A DNA stretch of 64,000 nucleotides from an uncultured Actinomycetes bacterium (GTDB lineage: Bacteria > Actinomycetota > Thermoleophilia > UBA2241): the NCBI GenBank assembly GCA_963709345.1, contig CAVPVX010000002.1, positions 1-64,000 on the forward strand. Direction: 5' to 3'. Positions 39,421-48,904 of the stretch are shown in pieces. The translations under genes were made by a program, and so were the position numbers. The notes below the pieces were generated by a model. The model saw only the letters and a list, made by a program, of their open reading frames with translations. It was not told the origin of the DNA and did no database searches. Position 1 is the first letter of the stretch, and the number at the start of each line of letters is the position of its first letter.

Positions 39421-40715
39421 GATCCCCCTGTCCCGGCGACGGCCTCCACATCATACCCGAGGGCGTCGGTCACGAGAGCCCGGATCAGACTCCCCCGCCG
39501 GGCGCGCAGGCCGCGCACGAAGGTCCGCCCGTCGACGTCCGGCGCCTGGTACGCGCAGCGGCCGGTGACGACCCCGTCAGAGCGCGACGCCCCGCGCTCG
39601 ACGAGGACCTCGACCTCGCTCCCGACGAGGTCCTCCCAGAACCGACGGGCCTCCAGGTCGATGGTCTCACCGAGCAGCGCGGCGCGCTCGAGCGCTACCG
39701 CCCGTGGCACCAGACCGGCCATCCCCGCGGCCTCGGTGCCCTCCTGCTCGTCGTAGATGAAGACGCCCGCCACCGCGAGGCGCGCGTCGCGCACGAACTC
39801 CAGCAACTCACCGAACTCGCCGTCGGTCTCTCCGGGGAAGCCGACGATGAAGGTGGATCGGACCGCCGCGCCGGGCAGCACCGCGCGCACGCGGTCCAGC
39901 AGACCGAGGTGCGCGGCCCCGTCGCCCCCGCGGCGCATACGCCGCAGCACGGCGCCGGACGCGTGCTGCAGCGGCACGTCGACGTAGGGTACGGCGTGAG
40001 CGGCCAGGGCGTCGAGGAGCCGCGCGTCGATCCCATCCGGCTGCAGGTACAGGAGGCGCAGCCACGCCGGGGCGGGCGCCAGCGCGGCCAGCTCACCGAG
40101 CAGGCGACTCAGGCCGCCCCACCCCGGCTGGTCCCACCGCGAAGTGTCCTGGCCCACAAGCACCAGCTCCCGTGCTCCGGCATCCAGAGCAGCGGCGGCG
40201 CTACGCAGCACGTCGCCGGCGGGGACGATCTCGTAGTCTCCCTTGATCAGCGGGATGGCGCAGAAGGAACAGCGCCGGTCGCACCCGTCCGAGATCTTGA
40301 CGTACGCGGTGACCGGCCGCGGCGCACGGGACGCGGCCGCTGCGAGACCCTTCGCGCCGACCGTCGCCGCAAGCAGAGCCGGCAGCGCCGACGTATCCAG
40401 GCCGCACCACAGGTCCACCTCGGGGAGTTCACGCTCGAGCTCGTCGCGGTAGCGCTCGACCAGGCAGCCTACGGCCGCGAGGCGCGCTCCGCGCGCGTGC
40501 GCGGCCTCCGCCGCGTCGAGGATGGCCGCGATGGACTCTTCCTTGGCGGCGTCGATGAACCCGCACGTATTCACGATGACGACGTCCGCGGAGTCGGAGG
40601 CCGCCGGGCGGTTGCCGGCGGCCCGAAGCGCGCGCTCGAGGGTATCGGAGTCGGCCTCGTTCTTGGGGCAGCCGAGCGTCTGGATGAAGAACGCAGCGCC
40701 CGTGCCGGGCCTCAG
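39417..40715 (-). CDS. rimO: Ribosomal protein S12 methylthiotransferase (start uncertain)
   Basis: TLGCPKN, NTCGFI..AKEESI, KISDGCDRRCSFCAIP, QAPDVDG. Confidence 0.92.
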   Translation of the reverse strand: MRPGTGAAFFIQTLGCPKNEADSDTLERALRAAGNRPAASDSADVVIVNTCGFIDAAKEESIAAILDAAEAAHARGARLAAVGCLVERYRDELERELPEVDLWCGLDTSALPALLAATVGAKGLAAAASRAPRPVTAYVKISDGCDRRCSFCAIPLIKGDYEIVPAGDVLRSAAAALDAGARELVLVGQDTSRWDQPGWGGLSRLLGELAALAPAPAWLRLLYLQPDGIDARLLDALAAHAVPYVDVPLQHASGAVLRRMRRGGDGAAHLGLLDRVRAVLPGAAVRSTFIVGFPGETDGEFGELLEFVRDARLAVAGVFIYDEQEGTEAAGMAGLVPRAVALERAALLGETIDLEARRFWEDLVGSEVEVLVERGASRSDGVVTGRCAYQAPDVDGRTFVRGLRARRGSLIRALVTDALGYDVEAVAGTGGS

Positions 40716-41203
40716 CGGTAGTTCACGAATTGCAGCGGGATGCCCCAGTCCTCCTCGCGAAGAGCCGCCATGGCGGCCTGGAGCTCATCCTTGCTCGGTG
40801 AGAAGACGCGCAGGGTGTCCCCCTGGATCTGCACCTTCACCTTCTTGAAGCGCTGGCGCACAAGCTTGTTCATGGCCTTCGCCTTCTCGTCGGGGATGCC
40901 CTGGGCGATCTCCGCGCGCTGCCGCACCGTGCCCCCCAGCGCCTCCTCGATCTTGCCGTACTGCAGAGCCTTCACCGGCACCTTGCGGCGCACGAGCTTC
41001 TCCTCGAGCACTTCCACGACCTGCCGCAGCTTGCCCTCGTTGTCCGAGACCAGCACGAGAGCATCGCCCTCGAGCGTCACGGCGCTGACGCTCTTCTTGA
41101 AGTCGTACCGCGTCGCGATCTCCTTGTGCACCATGTTGACGGCGTTGCGGACTTCGCTCAGGTCCGCCCGGGACACCACGTCGAACGACGATTCCTTGGC
41201 CAT
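40712..41203 (-). CDS. yajQ: YajQ-family nucleotide/c-di-GMP-binding protein
   Basis: SFDVVS, RYDFK, QIQGDTLRV, PLQFVNYR. Confidence 0.95.
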   Translation of the reverse strand: MAKESSFDVVSRADLSEVRNAVNMVHKEIATRYDFKKSVSAVTLEGDALVLVSDNEGKLRQVVEVLEEKLVRRKVPVKALQYGKIEEALGGTVRQRAEIAQGIPDEKAKAMNKLVRQRFKKVKVQIQGDTLRVFSPSKDELQAAMAALREEDWGIPLQFVNYR

Positions 41204-41204
41204 C

Positions 41205-41957
41205 TCAGCCCTGCCTCTCAAGCTTACCGTTCTTCACGATCACGTCGACCGGGTCGACCCCGTCGATCGCCTTGGCCTTCGATCCTTCTATGGTCAGCCG
41301 CACGGCCGACGGGTTGCCCATCCGCAGCCAGAGCACGTCACCCTTGAACGACTTGCGGCCGCCCTTCTTCAGCGTCCCCGAGAACAGCACGACGCCGGTC
41401 TCATCGTCGCGGCGCACCTGGACCCAGCAGTCGCCGTCCACGGCGGCGACGGTAGTGACGTCGCGCAGACCGGGCTTCACCGTCGGCGTGGCCTTGGGGC
41501 TCGGCGAAGGGCTCGGGGAGGCCGACGGGCTCGTGATGCCCAGCGCGTCGGGCTTGGTCGGCGGCTCGGCGTCGTCGCCGGATCCCATGCCGAGGACGTA
41601 GATCACGCCCAGCACGAGGAGGCAGATGACGGCGATGAAGACGATGGTGTTGCGGCTGCGGTGGCTGCGGGGCTTGCCGATCACCGAGGAACCGCCGAAG
41701 GGCTCTTCCCGCGCAGCCGCAGGCTCGACGCCGCGTGAGCGGTACTCGTCGATGATCACGTCCGGGTCGAGGGCGAGGTAGGTAGCGTACGTGCGGAGGA
41801 ACCCCTTGACGTAGGTGCCGCCGGGCATGATCTCCCACTCCTCGTGCTCCATGGCCTGCAGGTACTTGACACGGATCTTCGTGTCTTCCTCGACCTGCTG
41901 GAGCGTGAGACTACGCCGTACCCGAGCCTCCCGCAGCGTATTGCCGATCTCGAACAC
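41205..41957 (-). CDS. rodZ: RodZ-like protein (HTH, TM, DUF4115)
   Basis: IGNTLREAR...TKIRVKYLQAME...YVKGFLRTYA; CWVQV...MGNPSAV. Confidence 0.85.
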   Translation of the reverse strand: MFEIGNTLREARVRRSLTLQQVEEDTKIRVKYLQAMEHEEWEIMPGGTYVKGFLRTYATYLALDPDVIIDEYRSRGVEPAAAREEPFGGSSVIGKPRSHRSRNTIVFIAVICLLVLGVIYVLGMGSGDDAEPPTKPDALGITSPSASPSPSPSPKATPTVKPGLRDVTTVAAVDGDCWVQVRRDDETGVVLFSGTLKKGGRKSFKGDVLWLRMGNPSAVRLTIEGSKAKAIDGVDPVDVIVKNGKLERQG

Positions 41958-42072
41958 GGTGGCTGTGCTTCTCCTCGCTCGTCTGGACGCCTGGCTTCGC
42001 AGGAATCACCCGAACGTACAGTCTAGTAAGAGGGTGATGCGAAGACAAATCCCCGCGCGGTGACCACGAGAC

Positions 42073-44586
42073 TCAGATATCGTCCGGGGCCGGCTCGGCC
42101 GCCTCCGGCGGCGCCTCCGGCCGTTCCGCTCCGGCGACGAGCTCGGTGTCGCCCTCAGCGTCCGGCGCGTCCCCGGTCAGGCGCGCCAGCGTCGACGGGA
42201 GCGCGGCCTCGTCGATCAGGACGGCCCGCGCCTTGCTCCCGTCGTACCCTGAGATGATGCCCATCTCCTCCATGATGTCGATGAGCCGCCCGGCCCGGGC
42301 GTAGCCCACGCGCAGGCGTCGCTGCAGCAGCGCCACGCTGGCGGCGCCCGTGCCCACGACCGTCTCGATCGCCTTGCCGAGGTACTCGTCGCCGCCGGCC
42401 GCCTGCCGGCTCTGCTCCGCGTCGGGACCGGCGGGGTTCTCGAGCAGTTCCTCGTGGTAGTCGGGCTTGGCCTGGCGCCGCCAGTGCTCGGTGATCAGCT
42501 TCATCTCGGCGCTGGTGACCAGAGCGCCCTGCACACGAAGGAGCTTGCTGCTCCCCATCGGGCTGAAGAGCATGTCCCCCATGCCGAGGAGGCTCTCGGC
42601 GCCACCCTGGTCGAGGATGATGCGCGAGTCGGTCTGCGAACTGACGGCAAAGGCGATCCGCGATGGGATGTTGGTCTTGATCATGCCGGTGACCACGTCC
42701 ACCGACGGGCGCTGCGTCGCCACCACGAGGTGGATGCCGCAGCTTCGGCCGAGCTGGCCGAGCCGGATGATCGAGTCTTCGACCTCCGACGGGGCGGCCA
42801 TCATGAGGTCGGCCAGTTCGTCGACGATCACCATCGTGTACGGCATCGTCTCCTCGCCGGCGCGGGCGAGCTTCTTGTTGAGCGCGCGGATGTCCTGGAC
42901 CCCGTAGCGCGAGAGCACGTCGTAGCGCCGGTCCATCTCGCGGCAGATGTTGTCGAGCACGTACGTCGCCTGCTTCATGTTGGTGACCACCGGCGCCAGC
43001 AGGTGCGGCACGCCGTTGAAGTTGCTGAGCTCGACCTTCTTCGGGTCGATCATGATCATGCGCACCTGGTCCGGGGTCGCCCGGAGAAGCACGGAGCAGA
43101 TCAGCGCGTTGAGACAGCCGCTCTTCCCGGAGCCGGTGGTGCCGGCGATGAGCAGGTGGACCATGCGCACGAGATCGGCGAGCACCGCCGTACCGGTGAC
43201 ATCCTTACCGAGCCAGAAGGCCATCGGTGAGGCATGCGCCGGGAACAGACCGTGGATGTCGCCCAGCGTGACGTAGTTCGCCTGGATGTTCGGCACCTCG
43301 ACGCCAACGGCCGTTTTGCCCGGGATCGGCGCCTGCACGCGCACGTCGGTGGCGGCGAGCGCGTACGCGAGGTCGTCCTTCAGCCCCGCGACGCGGCTCA
43401 CCTTGATGCCGGGTGCCAGCTGGAGCTCGTACCTCGTGACCCGCGGCCCCGAGACCGTCCCGATGACGTGTGAGGCGATGCCGAAGTGTCCTAGCGTCTC
43501 CACCAGGCGCTGCGAGGTGTGCGCCACGGCGTCGGGAGACTCACCGCGGCCCTCGCCGAGCCGTCGCAGGAGCGCCGGGTCGGGGAGCGTCCACTGCCGC
43601 TTCTCCGCGTCGGCGAAGGCGAGTGCGACGGACGGGTCGGCCTGCGCCGAACCGGCGGCGGCAAGCGAGAGCTGAACGCCGTCGTCGGCCGTCCCGATCG
43701 GGTCGGGCGACGCCGCGTCTTCGCCGGCCGGAGACGCGGCGTCGTCCGGCGCCGAGGGCGCCTCCCCGAAGATCTCGGGCGCCGCCTCGAAGCCGTCTAT
43801 CAGCCGCGGCGGCGACGCGAGTGAAGCCACCGCGTACGAAGCCCCCGGCGGCGCCGAGCGGCGCGACATGCCCGCGTCGACTGTCGGCGACTCATCCAGT
43901 TCGACCACTCGGGTCTGCGCGGTGTCTCTCCGCCGCGCTCCCAGAGCCTCCGCCTGACTGCGGGCGGCGCGGCCGGCGGCCTTGACGCCGCGCTGCGAAT
44001 GCGACGCCCATTGCCGCAGTGACGAGCCGGTCACAAGCAGGAGCCCGGCGGCCAGCAGCGCGATCACGAGCACGTCCACGCCGACCCGCCCGATGAACGG
44101 GCTGAGGGCCGCCCACTGAAGCTCCCCGAACATGCCCCCGTGCGAGCTCATGTACCCCTCGCGGAAGAGCGCCGCCGGGCGCTCGCCCGAGAAGATGCCG
44201 AAGGTGTCGGCGGCGGCGGCGAGAGCGCTCCCCGCCACGACCAGAGCCAGCCCGCACGTCATCCCTCGCCTCGGCCGGCTCTCCTCCTTCACGACGAGGA
44301 GGAAGGCGATGAAGCCGAGGATGAAGGGCGCCGCGTAGGCCAGGATGCCGGCGAGCCAGCGCGCCGCGTCGCCGAGCCAGCGGCCGAGCGACCCGCCGTC
44401 CCAGCCGAGGTAGAGGACGAAGGAGAGGAAGACGGCGAGGGCGAGGCAGGCGATCGCGGCCAGCTCGCGACCGTGACGCCCTCCGCGAGCGGGCGCCTTG
44501 GGCGCCGGACGCGCGCCGCGCGGGCGGGGCCGCGGCGCAGCGCCCGAGCGCCGCCGTGCTTGCTTGGGGCGTGCCGTCGTCGCCAT
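42073..44586 (-). CDS. ftsK: DNA translocase FtsK
   Basis: 4TM N-terminus; GPRVTRYE, AGTTGSGKS, VDELADLMM, ATQRPSVDV, gamma domain. Confidence 0.97.
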   Translation of the reverse strand: MATTARPKQARRRSGAAPRPRPRGARPAPKAPARGGRHGRELAAIACLALAVFLSFVLYLGWDGGSLGRWLGDAARWLAGILAYAAPFILGFIAFLLVVKEESRPRRGMTCGLALVVAGSALAAAADTFGIFSGERPAALFREGYMSSHGGMFGELQWAALSPFIGRVGVDVLVIALLAAGLLLVTGSSLRQWASHSQRGVKAAGRAARSQAEALGARRRDTAQTRVVELDESPTVDAGMSRRSAPPGASYAVASLASPPRLIDGFEAAPEIFGEAPSAPDDAASPAGEDAASPDPIGTADDGVQLSLAAAGSAQADPSVALAFADAEKRQWTLPDPALLRRLGEGRGESPDAVAHTSQRLVETLGHFGIASHVIGTVSGPRVTRYELQLAPGIKVSRVAGLKDDLAYALAATDVRVQAPIPGKTAVGVEVPNIQANYVTLGDIHGLFPAHASPMAFWLGKDVTGTAVLADLVRMVHLLIAGTTGSGKSGCLNALICSVLLRATPDQVRMIMIDPKKVELSNFNGVPHLLAPVVTNMKQATYVLDNICREMDRRYDVLSRYGVQDIRALNKKLARAGEETMPYTMVIVDELADLMMAAPSEVEDSIIRLGQLGRSCGIHLVVATQRPSVDVVTGMIKTNIPSRIAFAVSSQTDSRIILDQGGAESLLGMGDMLFSPMGSSKLLRVQGALVTSAEMKLITEHWRRQAKPDYHEELLENPAGPDAEQSRQAAGGDEYLGKAIETVVGTGAASVALLQRRLRVGYARAGRLIDIMEEMGIISGYDGSKARAVLIDEAALPSTLARLTGDAPDAEGDTELVAGAERPEAPPEAAEPAPDDI

Positions 44587-44642
44587 GGCGGCTACTTCGA
44601 CGCGCGTCCTCGAATCCCTAGCCCGGGCAGGACCCCGACTTC

Positions 44643-46307
44643 TCAGACCTCGACCACCACCGGCATGATGAGCGGCCGGCGGCGGGTGCGCTTGTACACG
44701 AGCTCGGCCAGACGGTCCTTGATGTCGTCGCGCACCAGGCGCTGACCCGTGACATTGTCGGCGCCGAGCTCGTCCAGCAGGTCGTCGAGCGCGACGGCGC
44801 ACTCGTCGAGGACCTCCTGGAGCCGGTCGTCGTTATGCAGGAACCCGCGCGCCACGAGCTCCGCCGGCGCCACGGAGTCGCCGTTCTGGGCGTCGATCGT
44901 GACCACGGCGATGAGGATGCCGTCGCCGGCCAGCTGCTGGCGGTCGCGGAGCACGAGCCCGTCGGCGTCACCGAGTTCGAAACCGTCGACGAAGACCATG
45001 CCCGTGGGCACCTTGTCGACGATCTCGCCGTTCTCGGCGTCCAGCTCCAGCACGTCACCGTTCTCGAGGATGAAGATGTCCTCGTCGCCGATGCCGCTCT
45101 CGCGGGCGATCTCGGCGTGGATGTGCTGCATGCGGTACTCGCCGTGCACCGGGACGAGATACTTGGGGCGCACGAGGTTCAGCATCATCTTGAGGTCGTC
45201 GCGCGCGGCGTGCCCACTGACGTGGATGCCGCTGCTCTCGCCGTAGATCACGGTGGCGCCGACCTTGAGAAGGCGGTCGATGGTAGCCGTGACGCTGCGC
45301 TCGTTGCCGGGTATGGCCTTGGCGGAGATGACCACCGTGTCGCCCTCGTGCAGCGCCACCTGCGGGTGGTCGTTGAAGGCCATGCGCGTGAGTGCCGACA
45401 GAGGTTCGCCCTGGCTGCCGGTGGACAGGATGAGGACCTCCTCCGGGCGGTAGTCGTCGATCTGCGTCAGCTTGATCATCGCCCCGTCCGGCACGTCGAG
45501 GTACCCGAGGTTGCGGGCGATGTTCGCGTTCTTGACCATCGACCTGCCGGAGAGGGCGAACTTGCGGCCGTGCAGGTGCCCGATCGTGATCGCCTGCTGG
45601 ATGCGATGGATGTGCGAGGCGAAGCTCGCCACGATCACACGGCCCTCCGCCTCCGCGAAGATCTGGTGGAAGGCCCGGCCGACCGTGCTCTCGGAGGCGG
45701 TCGACCCCGGCGCCTCGGCGTTGGTGGAGTCGCCGAGCAGCGCCAGCACGCCCTCCTCCCCGAGCCTTGCGAAGGCGTTGACGTCGGTGATGCGGCCGTC
45801 AATGGGCGTGTGGTCGAAGCGGTAGTCGCCGGTGAGCACCACGGCGCCCAGGTCGGTGCCGACCACGATGGAGAGCGAGTCGGGCACGCTGTGGCTGGTC
45901 GCCACGAACGACACCTCGAAGGGTCCGAGGCGCAGCCGCGACGTGTCGTCGATCTCGTTGAGCTCGGTGGTCTTCAGCAGACCGTGCTCGTCGAGCTTCG
46001 ACTTGATGAGCGCCAGCGTGAACCGGCTGCCGTACACCGGCCGGTTCAGCTGCTTCAAGACGAACGGCAGCGCCCCCTGGTGATCCTCGTGGCCGTGCGT
46101 GATGACGAATGCCAGAACGTCGTCGCGGCGCTCGAGCAGCCACCTGATGTCCGGGATGACGAGGTCGATCCCGAGCATGCCGTCGCTCGGGAACTCAACC
46201 CCACAGTCGAGGACCACTATCTTGCCGCGGTACTCGACCGCGGTCATGTTCTTGCCGATCTCGCCGAGGCCCCCGAGGGGGATGATCCTCACGGCGTCTT
46301 CACTCAT
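44643..46307 (-). CDS. rnj: Ribonuclease J
   Basis: PLGGLGEIGKNM, THGHEDH, DSTN, HVSGH, PVHGEYR. Confidence 0.97.
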   Translation of the reverse strand: MSEDAVRIIPLGGLGEIGKNMTAVEYRGKIVVLDCGVEFPSDGMLGIDLVIPDIRWLLERRDDVLAFVITHGHEDHQGALPFVLKQLNRPVYGSRFTLALIKSKLDEHGLLKTTELNEIDDTSRLRLGPFEVSFVATSHSVPDSLSIVVGTDLGAVVLTGDYRFDHTPIDGRITDVNAFARLGEEGVLALLGDSTNAEAPGSTASESTVGRAFHQIFAEAEGRVIVASFASHIHRIQQAITIGHLHGRKFALSGRSMVKNANIARNLGYLDVPDGAMIKLTQIDDYRPEEVLILSTGSQGEPLSALTRMAFNDHPQVALHEGDTVVISAKAIPGNERSVTATIDRLLKVGATVIYGESSGIHVSGHAARDDLKMMLNLVRPKYLVPVHGEYRMQHIHAEIARESGIGDEDIFILENGDVLELDAENGEIVDKVPTGMVFVDGFELGDADGLVLRDRQQLAGDGILIAVVTIDAQNGDSVAPAELVARGFLHNDDRLQEVLDECAVALDDLLDELGADNVTGQRLVRDDIKDRLAELVYKRTRRRPLIMPVVVEV

Positions 46308-47221
46308 AGTGTGCCTTTCTCCTTGCTTTCGGCGCCGCTGCCCGCACCACGGGGCGGTGACTCGGTGCCGTCGCTGATTGTGCCGACAAGCAGGCCGTCA
46401 CGTCCGGCATGCTTGATCTTGTACAGGTTTGCATCCGCCTTATTGAGAAGGCTTCTCACATCGTGCACCGGCAGATGCGTGCTCACAGCGCCGATGCTCA
46501 GCGTGGCGGGCCATCCGGCCTCGGCTATCGCCATATTCACAGCGTTGCGCGCTTTTCCCAGAGCCGCGCACGCCGCATTCTCGTCGGTGTCGGGCAGAAG
46601 GGCACCGAACTCGTCGCCCCCGAGTCGCGCCACCAGATCGGTTCGGCGCAGACCATTGTGGAGCGTCTCCGCGACGAGCTCGAGCAGGGCATCGCCGACG
46701 ACATGGCCGTATTCGTCGTTCACCGTCTTCAGGTTGTCGACGTCGCAGAAGGCGATGCAGAGTGGAGCGCCGATCCGGCGCAGCCTCCGAGCCTCCTGGT
46801 CGGCGCGTTCCATGAACTGGCGTGCGTTGGCGACGCCGGTCGCCGCATCCCGGCGAGCCAGCAGTCGCTCGCTCACGAGCGCAGAGCGCAGCGCCGACAC
46901 GACGATCACAACGCCGACGAAGAACGCGAGGCGCACGCCGGCGTTCCACCACGGCACCGGGCTGGCGAACGACTGGTCAAGATTCGTGAACTCGGCCACA
47001 GACCAGAGCGCGATGGCGAACGCCGCCATCGGCAGCCCAGCCCGAGGCCCAAACAACCACGCGGCAAGCGCGACGGGCACGACGTAGAACACCGACAGCG
47101 TGATCTCTCCACCCACTCGACGGTCGAAGACACCGACCGCGGCGATGGCCACCACGCACCCCACGAGCAGCGCTGCGCTCCGGACAGCCGAGCGGACTCG
47201 CGTGTGGTCCGAGTCGATCAT
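46304..47221 (-). CDS. Membrane diguanylate cyclase (TM sensor plus GGDEF)
   Basis: DAATGVAN, DVDNLKTVNDEYGHVVGD, RRTD-LVARL-GGDEF. Confidence 0.93.
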   Translation of the reverse strand: MIDSDHTRVRSAVRSAALLVGCVVAIAAVGVFDRRVGGEITLSVFYVVPVALAAWLFGPRAGLPMAAFAIALWSVAEFTNLDQSFASPVPWWNAGVRLAFFVGVVIVVSALRSALVSERLLARRDAATGVANARQFMERADQEARRLRRIGAPLCIAFCDVDNLKTVNDEYGHVVGDALLELVAETLHNGLRRTDLVARLGGDEFGALLPDTDENAACAALGKARNAVNMAIAEAGWPATLSIGAVSTHLPVHDVRSLLNKADANLYKIKHAGRDGLLVGTISDGTESPPRGAGSGAESKEKGTL

Positions 47222-48105
47222 CGATCCGGTTCGAACCCGAGCCTCCGGAGTTCGGCCGCGACGATCGCCAGTTCCTCCGTGCTCGCCGGTACGAGAGGGA
47301 GACGCAGACCGCCCACGTCGTGGCCGAGCAGATTCAGCGCGGCCTTCACGAGGATCGGATTCGACGTCACGAAGAGAGACCTGTAGAGCTCACGCAGTTG
47401 CGCATCCGCCGCCGCCGCGGCGTCCAGGTCCCCCTCACGCGCGAGCCGGGCCACCTCGGCCATGCGCTCGCCGGCGACGTGGCTCGAGACGCAGATGCCG
47501 CCGGCTCCGCCCCGAGCGAGGATGTCGTAGAGCATGTCGTCGTTGCCCGCGTAGACGCCCAGGTCGCTGATCGCCATGAGCCTATCGGTCTCCGTCAGGT
47601 CAGGATTCGCCTGCTTGACGGCGACGATGTTCTCGGTCTCGGCCAGCGCAGCGAGCACGTCGGGAGAGAGGTTGACGACGCAACGCCCGGGGATGTTGTA
47701 GACGATGACGGGCAGACTGGTTGCGGCGGCGACGGCCCGGAAGTGCGCGAGCAGACCGCGCTCCGGCGGCTTGTTGTAGTACGGCGTCACGACGAGGACC
47801 GCGTCGACCCCGCACGCCTCGGCCTGCCTGGTGAGCTCGACGCTGTGCCGCGTGTCGTTGGAGCCGGTGCCGGCGACGACGGTCCCGCGGCCGGCCACGG
47901 CCTCGACGACGGTGCGGAACATGGCCGTCTTCTCGGCGTCGTCGAGAGTCGGCGACTCACCCGTCGTGCCGGCCACGACCAAGCCGTCCGACCCGTGGGC
48001 GAGCAGATGCTCGGCGAGCTCGCCGAGCTTGGCGTGATGTACCGCCATGTCCCCGGCGAACGGCGTGACCATGGCGGTGAGGATGGTTCCCAGATCCTGT
48101 TTCAC
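47218..48105 (-). CDS. dapA: 4-hydroxy-tetrahydrodipicolinate synthase
   Basis: AMVTPF, GTTGESPTL, TPYYNKP, YNIPGR. Confidence 0.97.
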   Translation of the reverse strand: MKQDLGTILTAMVTPFAGDMAVHHAKLGELAEHLLAHGSDGLVVAGTTGESPTLDDAEKTAMFRTVVEAVAGRGTVVAGTGSNDTRHSVELTRQAEACGVDAVLVVTPYYNKPPERGLLAHFRAVAAATSLPVIVYNIPGRCVVNLSPDVLAALAETENIVAVKQANPDLTETDRLMAISDLGVYAGNDDMLYDILARGGAGGICVSSHVAGERMAEVARLAREGDLDAAAAADAQLRELYRSLFVTSNPILVKAALNLLGHDVGGLRLPLVPASTEELAIVAAELRRLGFEPDR

Positions 48106-48145
48106 GGTGTCGTCCCCCGGTGAGATCGGTACGGGTGAGATGGCA

Positions 48146-48904
48146 TCAGTCGAGGAGGTTCTCGAGACCGACGACGGTCTCGCGCAGCGAGGTGACGCGA
48201 CGCAGAGCGAGAAGCATCCCGCTCATGAACGAGCGGCGCGACAGCGAGTCGTGGCGCAGGGTCAGGATCTCGTCGTCTCCGCCGAAGAGGACCTCCTGGT
48301 GGGCGACAAGACCGGGCAGGCGGACGCTGTGCACGGTCACGGCCCCGTCGGCGGTGAGTCCGCGCGAGGTCTGCCCGGCTCCGGGCGGGGCCTTGAGCGC
48401 CGACCCCGGGGCCTTCGCCATGAGCGCCGCCGTGCGCAGCGCGGTCCCCGACGGCGCGTCGACCTTGCCCTTCTCGTGCATCTCGATGACTTCGGCGTGC
48501 TCGTAGTACCGCGCCGCTTCGGCGGCGAACCGCATGAGCAACACGGCTCCGAGCGCGAAGTTCGGCACGACCACCAGCCCGACACTCGCGGCGGCGGCCG
48601 TCGCGCGCAGTTCCTCGACCTGGCGCTCGGCCAAGCCGGTGGCTCCCACGACCGTGGGGACGCCGGCGGCGAGCAGCGCAGTCGTGTTCGCAAACACCGC
48701 ATCCGGGACGCTGAACTCGAGGGCCGCCCGTGGCGCCGTCTGGGCCAGGGCCTCGGTCACGCCCTTGAAGGAGGGGACCTCCCCGAACTCGGCGCCTCGG
48801 GGATCGACGAGCGCCACCAGGCGCATGTCGTCCTGCGCGGCGATGGTCGCGACACTCAGCGCCCCCATCTTGCCGGCGGCGCCGGTCACGAGGATGTCGA
48901 TCAT
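48146..48904 (-). CDS. dapB: 4-hydroxy-tetrahydrodipicolinate reductase
   Basis: GAAGKMG, PNFALG, EMHEKGKVDAPSGTA, HSVRLPG. Confidence 0.96.
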   Translation of the reverse strand: MIDILVTGAAGKMGALSVATIAAQDDMRLVALVDPRGAEFGEVPSFKGVTEALAQTAPRAALEFSVPDAVFANTTALLAAGVPTVVGATGLAERQVEELRATAAAASVGLVVVPNFALGAVLLMRFAAEAARYYEHAEVIEMHEKGKVDAPSGTALRTAALMAKAPGSALKAPPGAGQTSRGLTADGAVTVHSVRLPGLVAHQEVLFGGDDEILTLRHDSLSRRSFMSGMLLALRRVTSLRETVVGLENLLD

